From Octopus bimaculoides (Eukaryota), in NCBI RefSeq assembly GCF_001194135.2, contig NC_068990.1:82504442-82568441 (forward strand): a DNA stretch of 64,000 nt, read 5' to 3'. Within the stretch, counting starts at the first letter, position 1; each line of letters begins with the position of its first letter. The notes under the pieces were generated by a model. That model did not search any database and was not told the DNA's origin. It saw only the letters and a program-made list of their open reading frames with translations. A program made the translations under genes and the position numbers. Positions 39,770 to 51,199 of this stretch are shown piece by piece.

Positions 39770-40235
39770 GTTGTACTTGTTTCAGTCATTGGCCTGCGGT
39801 CATGCTGGGGCACTACTTTCAAGAGTTTAGTCACGATATACATTTACCAAAAAAAATCTGTCACTTATTCTATCGCAATCTTCTGCCGAACTGTTAAGTT
39901 ACGAGGATGTAAAAAAAAAAAGACCAATATCGGTAATACGCAGTGATGGAGGACAAACACGAGCGTGCACGCACACACACACATACACACGCATACACAC
40001 ACATATACATATATACGACGGGCTTCTTTTAGTTATATATTATAGTCACTCACAAAACTGTGATGGAAGACAAACTCACGCGTGCGCACACATACACACG
40101 CACACACACACACGCACACATATAAGACTGGTTTCTTATCCACTCACAAGGCTTTAGTCAACCCAGAATTCTAGTCGAAGACGCTTGCCCAAGGTGCCAC
40201 GTAGATTAACTGGCACATGCCTGCGCCACATAACT
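39770..40235 (-). mobile_element. Full-length decayed SINE with internal (CA/GT)n microsatellite
   Basis: Tail GTACTTGTTTCAGTCATTGGCCTGCGGTCATGCTGG, middle ATATACGACGGGCTTCT and head CCACTCACAAGGCTTT...TTGCCCAAGGTGCCACG, the same family as 8701 and 10612. Confidence 0.75.
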
Positions 40236-40519
40236 ATATATATATGTGTGTGTGTGTGAATCGGTACGTGTCCGTAGACTTGTCATGCACACCAAATCTT
40301 AGGGACAGTGTATAGTTTACTATTATTATACCCATCGTGATTTAAACAGGAGTTCAGTTGCTTGAGCCCTTAGAAGAGAGTTCAATATGTGTTAAACGCT
40401 TTGCTTAAGTTATCGTGGCGCTTACGAAATGCTTACATCTGTTTTATAAATATATATGTGTGGGGTGGGATAAGATGTTTTTGTATGAGTGTGCCTGTAC
40501 ACATTCATGCCAATATACA

Positions 40520-40565
<46 letters not shown>

Positions 40566-40567
<2 letters not shown>

Positions 40568-40700
40568 GCTCGTCGAAACGCCGGTGTTAAAACGTGGGTG
40601 GCTGATGAAGGAGATGTTCTCTATGTGGCTCGTGTGTTCTCGTCTACGTTTGTTTGCAATGTCCTGTACCCAGATATGCACCTATACATACAGGTGGATG
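40566..40700 (+). mobile_element. Short dispersed repeat family D, copy 2
   Basis: GTCGAAACGCCGG...GGCTGATGAAGGAGATGTTCTC; homologous to 6750-6855. Confidence 0.6.
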
Positions 40701-40767
40701 TCGGTATGCACATACCTGTACGTATATATGCATATACTCATTTACTATTTGTTTATATATATATATA

Positions 40768-41244
40768 NNNNNNNNNNNNNNNNNNNNNNNNNNNNNNNNN
40801 NNNNNNNNNNNNNNNNNNNNNNNNNNNNNNNNNNNNNNNNNNNNNNNNNNNNNNNNNNNNNNNNNNNNNNNNNNNNNNNNNNNNNNNNNNNNNNNNNNNN
40901 NNNNNNNNNNNNNNNNNNNNNNNNNNNNNNNNNNNNNNNNNNNNNNNNNNNNNNNNNNNNNNNNNNNNNNNNNNNNNNNNNNNNNNNNNNNNNNNNNNNN
41001 NNNNNNNNNNNNNNNNNNNNNNNNNNNNNNNNNNNNNNNNNNNNNNNNNNNNNNNNNNNNNNNNNNNNNNNNNNNNNNNNNNNNNNNNNNNNNNNNNNNN
41101 NNNNNNNNNNNNNNNNNNNNNNNNNNNNNNNNNNNNNNNNNNNNNNNNNNNNNNNNNNNNNNNNNNNNNNNNNNNNNNNNNNNNNNNNNNNNNNNNNNNN
41201 NNNNNNNNNNNNNNNNNNNNNNNNNNNNNNNNNNNNNNNNNNNN
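40768..41244. other. Assembly gap (N run)
   Basis: N run flanked by (TA)n. Confidence 0.98.
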
Positions 41245-41268
41245 ATATATATATATATATATATATAT

Positions 41269-41323
<55 letters not shown>

Positions 41324-42091
41324 CACACACATACGCACACACATACACACCCACATATATATGCCTCATGTAGACATTTTGTGCAAGAAAGACATCACTG
41401 AAAAAATCACCGAATGATAAAAACTGAGGATAAAGATATCTGTATCAAAGATCTGACAAAAATACTGAGTTTGCAAGAATAAATAACAAAAAGAAAAAAA
41501 AAGAAGAAAAATGCTAACTGAAAAAAAGATAGCCAAAGATATAAAAATAAATACAAATTATATATAAAAATCAGAAACTTAAAAATGAAGAGAAAACACA
41601 CCAGGGTGCGCTGCGATCAAGCATGCTGTTGACGCGAAGATAACAATTTGTACCTGCTTGCCTACTCCCATAAGTTATGTGCGTAACGGAGCTGTCTGCT
41701 GTGTACGTTTTTGCTGGTCGTCAACTGTAGAGAACTTCCTTCATGATACACACGTTTCTACTAAGACACCACTACCACTAGTGTTACCACTACTGTCACT
41801 ACTACATACCACACAAAAACCAAGGCACACTCATGGCGGACACACATATTTACACATGTTATTTTGTAGTACTTATACACACACACATACATGTATATAC
41901 ACATATATACAATTTGTATATACACAAAATAAATGACACAACCATTCATATATATATGAACGGGAACGTGAAACTCAGAGTAACGGTTTTTTTGTTATAT
42001 TTCTGCTGCTTTTAAATAAAGCATATTACTCTACCTCTGGTATTTGAGTACTCTTTTTTCCACCTTGTTGCACATTTCATGTGCTTACTCC

Positions 42092-42126
<35 letters not shown>

Positions 42127-42651
42127 NNNNNNNNNNNNNNNNNNNNNNNNNNNNNNNNNNNNNNNNNNNNNNNNNNNNNNNNNNNNNNNNNNNNNNNNNN
42201 NNNNNNNNNNNNNNNNNNNNNNNNNNNNNNNNNNNNNNNNNNNNNNNNNNNNNNNNNNNNNNNNNNNNNNNNNNNNNNNNNNNNNNNNNNNNNNNNNNNN
42301 NNNNNNNNNNNNNNNNNNNNNNNNNNNNNNNNNNNNNNNNNNNNNNNNNNNNNNNNNNNNNNNNNNNNNNNNNNNNNNNNNNNNNNNNNNNNNNNNNNNN
42401 NNNNNNNNNNNNNNNNNNNNNNNNNNNNNNNNNNNNNNNNNNNNNNNNNNNNNNNNNNNNNNNNNNNNNNNNNNNNNNNNNNNNNNNNNNNNNNNNNNNN
42501 NNNNNNNNNNNNNNNNNNNNNNNNNNNNNNNNNNNNNNNNNNNNNNNNNNNNNNNNNNNNNNNNNNNNNNNNNNNNNNNNNNNNNNNNNNNNNNNNNNNN
42601 NNNNNNNNNNNNNNNNNNNNNNNNNNNNNNNNNNNNNNNNNNNNNNNNNNN
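42127..42651. other. Assembly gap (N run)
   Basis: N run flanked by (TA)n and (GT)n. Confidence 0.98.
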
Positions 42652-42709
<58 letters not shown>

Positions 42710-43073
42710 CGCACGCAAACACACATATATGGGTATAAACATATATATTACTATATACTTAAACACAAACTAGCAGCATTAGAAAATATCTATGTAGAGA
42801 TGCGTCGTATGAGTGTGTGAGCATGTGTGTGTGTGTGCATGTATGAATCTGAGTGTATGTATGCATACATGTGTATAAATATTTACACGGATACACACAC
42901 ACATGTACACGCACACACGCACACACACAGACACATAAATATACACATTTTCACAAAAAATCAGATTCGGACGTGTTTACGTGTGTAGCCTTAAAGGCAT
43001 ATCCGTCTAGTTACGTTTAAACCCACACGCAGGTGTATGTGTGCGTGTAGGCATGTATGTATACACACACACG

Positions 43074-43141
<68 letters not shown>

Positions 43142-43768
43142 ACGTGTGTGTTTATATATACGTGCTTATAATACACATGCATAGGTTTGTTTGCTTGCGC
43201 GCATTTTCAATGACAAACTTACTATATTAGAATGTGTGTATGTGTACGTATGTAAGCAGGTATATAAGCATGAGAGTGTATGTATATCCCTACAACACCA
43301 TATATTTTACAACTTCTTGTGATTTTTTGACATGCTTGTAGTGTAAAGCTGTCTTAAATATCGCTAAATGACGAGATAACATTGGTGGTGAGAGAGAAAA
43401 AGATATATTTAGGCAGAAAAAGAAAATAACTGTTTGTAAAATATAAGCAAACAACCAAACTAATGAAGAAGAAAAATCATGGAAGATCCTTCGAAGCAAA
43501 AATAACATGACAGGAAATTTAACTAAAGTGAAAAGGGAGTATATTCTCGGAGCCAGCAGCACTTTAACACTCAGAACATTCTTGTAGGCAAGAAGAACCA
43601 TGTGTCCAATTTGAGTTCTCACTCTGAAAACGAACATCTCTTGGGCAAAACGCAACAAGAGCGTATTTATAAAAACGGCAATATTTTTAGCGTACAAAAC
43701 AGAGCGTTCTATATAACGTGTATATATTCATGAGTACATATATACAAGCACAAAAGTGCAGACAATTA

Positions 43769-43825
<57 letters not shown>

Positions 43826-43989
43826 GTATATATATGTATATATATGTATATATATGTAATATACATGTATGTATGAAAGTATGTATACATTCATTCATAC
43901 ATAAACTTACCTTCATGGAACAATACATTATATGTATCCATGTAACTGTCTTAAGTGACTGACAAAGGGAGGTAAGTCTTGAACGTACA

Positions 43990-44046
43990 TAGCTAGATCA
44001 CGATTTCGGATTTTGATGTAGATCACTTAATCTTCATCAGCGGCTA
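43990..44046 (-). ncRNA. Minimal type I hammerhead ribozyme motif (family E, copy 1)
   Basis: TAGCCG-CTGATGA-AGATT(15 nt)AAATCC-GAAA-TCGTGA-TC/TAGCTA. The core is intact with an AUC triplet; stems I and II each carry a mismatch. Confidence 0.75.
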
Positions 44047-44323
44047 CTAACGCGTAGGAATAAACTCAATTATCTGTGTCAGTCTTCTAAGAAAAACATA
44101 TTGAAAACGTGTGCTGACTTCCAAAACAATAAAAGGGTAAACAACAAATTAAAAAGGGTAGCTTATTAGGAATTAGCACCTAAAGACAAAATTAATACAG
44201 GTCACAAAAGTGACAGAGGGTGCTGACAAGCATCGCTTTTACTAAAAGTAAGAGATAGACTAACTCAAAACCAAAAACGCAGTCTTAAGTGACTGACAAA
44301 GGGAGATAAGTCCCCAGCGTACA

Positions 44324-44381
44324 TAGCCAGATCGCGATTTCGGAATTTGACGTAAACCATTTTAATCCCCATCAGTGGCTC
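44324..44381 (-). ncRNA. Minimal type I hammerhead ribozyme motif (family E, copy 2)
   Basis: GAGCCA-CTGATGG-GGATT(loop)ATTCC-GAAA-TCGCGA-TC/TGGCTA: 5-bp stem I AGCCA/TGGCT, palindromic stem III ATCGCGAT, and an A9G core change. Confidence 0.75.
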
Positions 44382-44465
44382 TTAACGCCTAGGGTTAAAC
44401 TCAACTACCTCTGTTCATCGTAATAGAAAATCCGTTGTATATACATACATACATACATACATACA

Positions 44466-44501
<36 letters not shown>

Positions 44502-44509
44502 GGTGAAAT

Positions 44510-44645
44510 TTACAGAAAAATAGAAAATAAAGACAGGTGTATGAATAACAGGCAAGTGTATTAGCTTGACGTTCGAGAAAGTGAGAAAGTCGTTTTCGTT
44601 TCGAGCCTACGCTCTTCAACAGAAAGGAATATGAGAAAATAAACA
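44510..44645 (-). mobile_element. Short dispersed repeat, hammerhead family B (copy 2)
   Basis: Minus strand CCTTT-CTGTTGA-AGAGC GTAG GCTC-GAAAC-GAA-AACG; motif at 44590-44627; homologous to 6355-6480. Confidence 0.75.
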
Positions 44646-44916
44646 GGTAGAGAATAGAAAACTTGTGGATTTAACGACAAATCATGGTGACTGGTTGGAA
44701 AAAATAGTTTGACAGGAGAGTTAGGAAGAAGGGGAGATAATAATGTACTTATTATTAATCCGAACACAGACAGGTGTTGTAATGAATGACCGGCAGATAG
44801 ATAGATAGATAGATAGATAGATAAATAAATAGATGAAGTCTAGTGCACGGGTACCTGTAATTGTGCACCCTCGTATACACGTCTATATGCGTGCATCATT
44901 GTGCACGTGTGTAATG

Positions 44917-44947
<31 letters not shown>

Positions 44948-46171
44948 NNNNNNNNNNNNNNNNNNNNNNNNNNNNNNNNNNNNNNNNNNNNNNNNNNNNN
45001 NNNNNNNNNNNNNNNNNNNNNNNNNNNNNNNNNNNNNNNNNNNNNNNNNNNNNNNNNNNNNNNNNNNNNNNNNNNNNNNNNNNNNNNNNNNNNNNNNNNN
45101 NNNNNNNNNNNNNNNNAACATACATACGTATATGCATAGATAGATATATATATGCTGTGCCCCAGCATGGCCCCAACCTTTGGACTGAAACGTAGATGAG
45201 AATGATAATATCTATATATAAATATATGTTTATTCTCATACGCTGGATGGTTGAGAAGTCAGCTTAGAAAATTGGGTAAGTGCCCTTTAGAAGACAGAAG
45301 AAGTTGGTCAGCAAACTTCTCCTAACCGTTCTGTACCATTAACCTAAGAAAATCCTGCCAACAAATACCACCTTTTTGTAATGCTAAATAATTGCTTTTG
45401 AAATGTGACAACATCTTGTAAACAAACTTATAAACATTGATGCGTCGGTATTCTACAGAAAATAAAGGAATTCTCGAACGCAGGATAGTTGTGGAAACAC
45501 TTTAGAAAATCGGATAAATACCTTTTAGAAGACGGGGAAATATGGTTTGCAAGCCTGAAGGATACAGGGTTAGATTCACTGTAAAGACTTGCTGGTCACA
45601 TTTTTTTCCATCTCCTCAAGGGTATTTACCATGTTGGGATCAGAGGCGAGACCTCAAGAACCCTGAAGTAATCGGTTGACTTCTGAAGAGTTAAAGATAT
45701 TAAAAACCCCGGGGAGCAAGACCGGCCGAGTGCGCTACCTAGGTAGACAAATTCCCCTTCCCCCCAAAAAACAAAAACATTTTTCTCTTAAACAAAGCAA
45801 AAAACAAAAGCATCCTATTCATATAAGGAACAATGAAACGTTCTGTTTTTATCATTTTGATTTTGATTTTGTCATGACGAGTTCGGGAAACGAACTAGAG
45901 TTTTCATGTCTCCTCTCAGAAAAAAAAAAAACTTGATGCATTACTGAACAGTCAACTGCCTTTTGAAGTTTTATTAGAGAAAAAGTTAGCTGACATGGAC
46001 AAATAGAAGCCATCTGAATATTGAAAAAGAGCTGCCTGTATCCTGATGATTCGCGCCGGATATGACAATGCCGATATTATGGGGTAAACGATTATGTATT
46101 ATGTAAATAAAGACCGGGGTTGTCTCACACCGGGGTTGTCATACACGTGCGTGGACACACCTACACACATA

Positions 46172-46345
46172 TACGAGATGGTACTGAAAAGTTCCTGGCT
46201 TTGGATAAATGATAATAAACGATCAGTTAATTATGATTGTATTTAATATATTTCCCTCTCAGGTTTACACACTTATTGCAGCGGTCCTTCAGTTTTTTAA
46301 GCCCTGTAAAAGGACTCGAAAAGCTAAGCCTCCAACCAGGCCTTT
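46172..46345 (-). mobile_element. Mariner 3' end fragment with TIR
   Basis: TACGAGATGGTACTGAAAAGTTCCTGGC mariner-type TIR. Antisense translation FYRA*KTEGPLQ*VCKPERE resembles the mariner C-terminus FY..G..KL..RW.KC...GEY. Confidence 0.6.
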
Positions 46346-46990
46346 CGCGACGTTCTTAAAACCAGGAATTTTTCAGCACACCTCGTACATGCATATATGT
46401 ATATGCAGATAGCTAAACATATATAACCATATGTGAATATGTTTGTTGGTGATTTCATTTAAATTCTAATACAATATGCATTTTCATATTAAGCAATCGG
46501 ATGCGCCATCGTAACTGTCTGAAATATTGTGTCTTACATACTTTAAGATGATAATTGGTTTGTAATCAATTTGGCAACTGATCAAAATTATTCGCTATTT
46601 CATCACTTCTGTCATAACAAAACCTTCAACATCTTCATTGTTCATAGAGTAATATACGTTTATTTATATTATATGTATTTGTATTCATGTTAACGTTAAG
46701 TTTATTTATATTAACTTTAAATACACGAATCTTGTATTCAACCAAAAGTTTTCAAAGCAATCTTTCAGAAGTTTCCATCGAAGTTTTGTACAACGATCGA
46801 ATCCAATATTTTCAGTCACATGTAGATCTCTTGCACATGACCTTGCAGGTGGAGACATTAAGAATTTTCTTCACGTCGAGTAGCATAACCCGCTCAAAAA
46901 GTCCTTGTTTAAGGTTTGTTTAAGGATGGTGAACGAAACACCCATGTTTCCAAGGGGGAATTATTCAAACCCCAAAGAATTCCTCTCAAC

Positions 46991-47231
46991 ACATGTGTGC
47001 CTTGGGTATGTGCTGTGGTTTGCTGTGATGCTCTTATGTTTACTGTATTGAAAGTGTTTTGCGTAGAATGTGTGCAGTACCCAGTAGTGCAATTTTCTGT
47101 ATGTTATATATACTTGTAAGTCCTGGTGTTTTTGCTATGTATTTGTCTGAATATTTTTTTATCATACCTAATGCGCCTACTATGATAGGAATTGTTTCTG
47201 TTTTTAGATTCCACATTCGAGTTAACTCTAT
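46991..47231 (-). mobile_element. R4/Dong-type (RLE) non-LTR retrotransposon 3' end
   Basis: Intact frame 47231-47040 IELTRMWNLKTETIPIIVGALGMIKKYSDKYIAKTPGLTSIYNIQKIALLGTAHILRKTLSIQ*, a typical RLE C-terminus. The 3' UTR matches 56292-56420. Confidence 0.85.
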
Positions 47232-47232
47232 A

Positions 47233-47293
<61 letters not shown>

Positions 47294-47345
47294 GTTTTTG
47301 TTGTTGTTGTTGTTGTTGTTGTTGTTATTATTATTATTATTTGTT

Positions 47346-47391
<46 letters not shown>

Positions 47392-47455
47392 CAGAAGCAG
47401 CAGTAGTAGTAGTAATAGTAGTAATAGTGGTGGTGTTAGTAGTAGTAGTGTTTTT
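47232..47455. repeat. Compound trinucleotide array (TAT)n(GTT)n(TAT)n(AGT)n
   Basis: Successive perfect triplet blocks. Confidence 0.95.
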
Positions 47456-47815
47456 TGTTAGCAGAAACGGTTGAATGCTGGACTTAGTGGTTTCATCCAT
47501 TTCAGTTAAGCCGTTCAAAGATTAACTACGCTTATGCTCAGGTATGTGTGTGTTCGTGACTAGGGAATAAAACACTACCAGCTATGTACTCGGGTCATTC
47601 AAAAATCAACGCTACTTATCATCTATATAGCTTGTGTTACACATTAATTGGTCTTTTATGTTAGCCTCAGATCAGCAGTGACTAAAGAGAGCTATGTTCA
47701 AAGGCATTCCAAATGTGGCTGCGACCTTTCTCTCTTTTATTTCATATCATACCACTTGTCCCTACTACACATTAAGATGGTCAATTGTGACTGAAAGAGA
47801 TTTTATTATTATCAT

Positions 47816-47846
<31 letters not shown>

Positions 47847-48711
47847 ATTGTTATTGTTGTTGTTATTTTACTATCTTATGATTCTCATTATATTATTTCA
47901 TGACGTTCCTGAGTTCTGAATGTTAATATCGACTCTGTGACCAGGGAGATCTTATGGATTCTAAAACGATTAATCACAGCTGCAGCTCTCCAGCATGAGA
48001 AGTGATATATGTATGCATACACATACATACATACAAATATATATGTATATATATATATATATACATATATACAGACATGCATGCAAACTTACATACATAT
48101 ATATATGTTTGTATGTATGTATATGTATATGTGTATCATTTGTTTCTGGCATCTTGCTTGCGCTATTGTACCTTTCACAGCCAATATTTGACATAGCAAT
48201 CTGTCAAACTGCCTATCCAGTACAATACACTTTAACACTATCCACGCTCTTTATTGCCTAGGCGCTATCAATCAAACAACACTGCTTGCATATTTGTTAA
48301 GTTCCTTTCATTCTTTAACTTCAACGTTCAATTGTAGAAGAAATGTGATTTTTCATTTTCGATACAGTCTATTTTCATTTAATTCATTCTTCAATATCCA
48401 AAATGGCAAAAATTGTCAAATAACCAAAATGTTCAATCTCTGTTGCCAGAAGATGCTCTTATTTGTTACATGGAAATAAAGCGAAACTATGTTATTATTT
48501 GGTCATTTGTCTCCAACTGATTGCAAATATGTCCTTTGTTGCAACATTCAGACTTTACATGTGTTATAAATATGCTAACGTTGTCTGCTGTATTCATAAC
48601 TTTCTCAATACTCATACAACAAAAATTTCTTATATAAGCGTAATATCATATTTATAGCTGACAGGAATCAAATAGCGTGATGGTTTTCTTAATAATGATA
48701 ATAATAATAAT

Positions 48712-48930
48712 TCTTTCTAATTTTGGCGAAATACCAGCAACTTTGATGGGAGGGGCAAGTCGATTACATTGACCCTATTACTTTACTGCGGATTATTTTA
48801 TCGACCGACGAAACGATGAGAGGCAAATTCGGCCTGGACGGAATTTGAACTCAGAACATATGGAGACAGAAAAAATTCTGCAAAGTAATTTTTCCGGTGC
48901 CCTAAAAATTCTGCCAGTTCGCTACCTTAA
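48712..48930 (-). mobile_element. SINE family A
   Basis: AAGTCGATTACATTGACCC...TTTTATCGACCGACGAAACGATGAGAGGC...GGAATTTGAACTCAGAAC...ATTCTGCCAGTTCGCTACC. Confidence 0.8.
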
Positions 48931-48989
48931 TAACGATGATATAAGTGGCAATAATAATAGTTTCGTTTACAAATATTAACAATAATAAT

Positions 48990-49204
48990 CCTTTCTACTA
49001 TAAGCACAAGGACTGAAATTTTGGCGGATGGGGACCAGTCGTTAACATCGTCCCTAATGCGTAACTGGTACTTATTTCATCGACCTCGAAAAGATTAAAG
49101 GTAATGTCGACCTCTGCGAGATTTGAGCTCAGAACATAAGAACGGACAGAATATTGCTAAACATTCTGCCCGGCGTCCTAACGATTCTGCCAGCTCACCG
49201 CCTT
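48990..49204 (-). mobile_element. SINE family A, full length
   Basis: GCACAAGG...CTGGTACTTATTTCATCGACCTCGAAAAG...GATTCTGCCAGCTCACCGCCTT; the head abuts (AAT)n. Confidence 0.85.
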
Positions 49205-49237
49205 AATAATAAATACTACTACTAATAGTAATAATAA

Positions 49238-49271
<34 letters not shown>

Positions 49272-49292
49272 NNNNNNNNNNAGTAATAATAA

Positions 49293-49333
<41 letters not shown>

Positions 49334-49334
49334 T

Positions 49335-49624
49335 GGCCCTTTTCGTCTATGCAGACGGTCAATTTAGCTTAGAGGTCACTTAATCGTACATATCAGGGGA
49401 TCCTGTTCTTGCAGCTTCGTTCATGGCTGATTCTTCCTATGATTGAAGCGCAGCTTCCGTCACAGTACTTGCATACCGAAAGGGTGGCTCGGCGCTCTGT
49501 ATTTCTGTTGTTTTCCTTTCGCCGCTAACGCTTCGAAGCAGTTCCTTCCTTCACCACAGTCCTCCATGTTCTTCTGTCTTCAGCCCTCTCTCCCCAGGTG
49601 CTGACATCCACCTCACACTTGGAC

Positions 49625-49630
<6 letters not shown>
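49335..49630 (-). mobile_element. RTE-clade LINE 3' end embedded in (AAT)n
   Basis: Minus frame SLSKCEVDVSTWGERAEDRRTWRTVVKEG...*...LSVCKYCDGSCASIIGRISHERSC, the RTE pattern W...A.DR..WR..V..G plus a C-terminal CxxC..H..C knuckle. Confidence 0.8.
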
Positions 49631-49684
<54 letters not shown>

Positions 49685-49899
49685 TAATTTCTTTTATTTG
49701 GCATCAGGGCAAACGATAAGGTTGGGGTGCAATACAAAGACAGACATAAAGTGTAGGGGTTTACATATAATGGAATGATAAGAAAAAAAGAAGAAAGAAA
49801 GAAACTATACACGGTATTCATTAAAAGAAGGGAAATATACATAGTATACAGCACTAAGGAAAAATGATTTATTGGTGGGAGTTGTCAATGGCATCGAAT

Positions 49900-50254
49900 C
49901 TGCTCTTCTACTGTTATTTATTTTATCGATCCTGGATGGATAAAAGGTAAAGTCAAACTCGGTGTAATTTCATCTCAGAATGCCGCTAATGATCCGGCCA
50001 ATTCACGATTAATAATAAGCTAAGGTTATAAGGCGCGAGATGGCAGAAACGTTAGCAAGCCTGTTGAAACGGTTATCGGTATTTTGTCTGTCTTTACGTT
50101 CTGAGTTCAAATTCCGCCGTAATAATAATAATCATTTCTACTACAGGCACAAGGCCTGGAATTTTGTGGGAGAGGACTAGTCGATTACATCGATCCCAAT
50201 GTTTCACCGGTATTTAATTTATCGATCCCGGAAGGATGAAAGGCCAAGTCGACC
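49900..50254. mobile_element. Cluster of SINE family A fragments in both orientations
   Basis: Minus fragment 49900-50000, plus-strand head 50031-50120 (GGCGCGAGATGGCAGAAACGTTAGC...GAGTTCAAATTCCGCCG) and minus tail 50133-50254. Confidence 0.75.
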
Positions 50255-51071
50255 TGATTTCAGGAATTTTCTGCAAATTCTGTTCATACCATATTCGAAC
50301 TTAATAAATTCTAATCTTCTCAAATGACAGTTGTGTCAATGTCGCGAAATAACAGAAATTTATACAACTGAGTTGCGTCACTGACCATATTGCGTCTGTT
50401 ATTTTTTCCTTTTATCTTTTGCTTTTTGGCAATTTGGTACAACACAATAGTTTTACGATATGGAATTTCATTGGCTTTAGTAATGTATTTGAGCTATACC
50501 TCGATGCTATTTGCGAAATTTGTTTTTCCTATCAAACCAAAAGTATTAACGTCCACAAAGCTACTTTTGATCAGGAAATGTCAGGCAATTAACTCTATCA
50601 CACATTTACGACACGAAAACATATTCATAAATAATGTAAGTTTTCGTTTTGTTTTTTTTTTTTACTAAAATATGACTTAGCATATCTTAAGAAAGAAGAA
50701 AATCAACTGCAAAATTATGTTGACAGGAGCTGCCAAGCTTTGTAAATTACAATATTTTTAACATGGCTGCGAAAAAATATTATTATCATTATTATTCTTA
50801 TGTATTCATTTAGTTTTTGTTGCTGAAAACAGAGATCCTGATAGAAAAAACCAACACAAGAGAGGGTTTTCAAAATATATTCGAACGAAGAAAATAATTA
50901 TATAAAATAAGCTAACCTTGAATTCATGTGGATAATCGCAGTTGAAGGAATACGTTCCCAGCCAAGATTTCCAAAAGCTGTCAAATATATATTTCATAAA
51001 CTTAATCACATTTTAATCAGGCATGCAACTACTAACGTTTCGATATATATAAAAGTTTTCTTCAATAACGC

Positions 51072-51199
<128 letters not shown>

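Larger units (their letters stand above)
43948..44404 (-). mobile_element. Retrozyme-like tandem element (family E): two ~122-bp direct repeats 334 bp apart, each with a hammerhead
   Basis: GTCTTAAGTGACTGACAAAGGGAG...TAAACTCAA occurs at 43948-44069 and 44282-44404, and both copies contain hammerhead motifs on the minus strand. Confidence 0.8.

Noticed and set aside
46115-46147. Tandem ACCGGGGTTGTC duplication
   Set aside because: Ordinary short slippage duplication.
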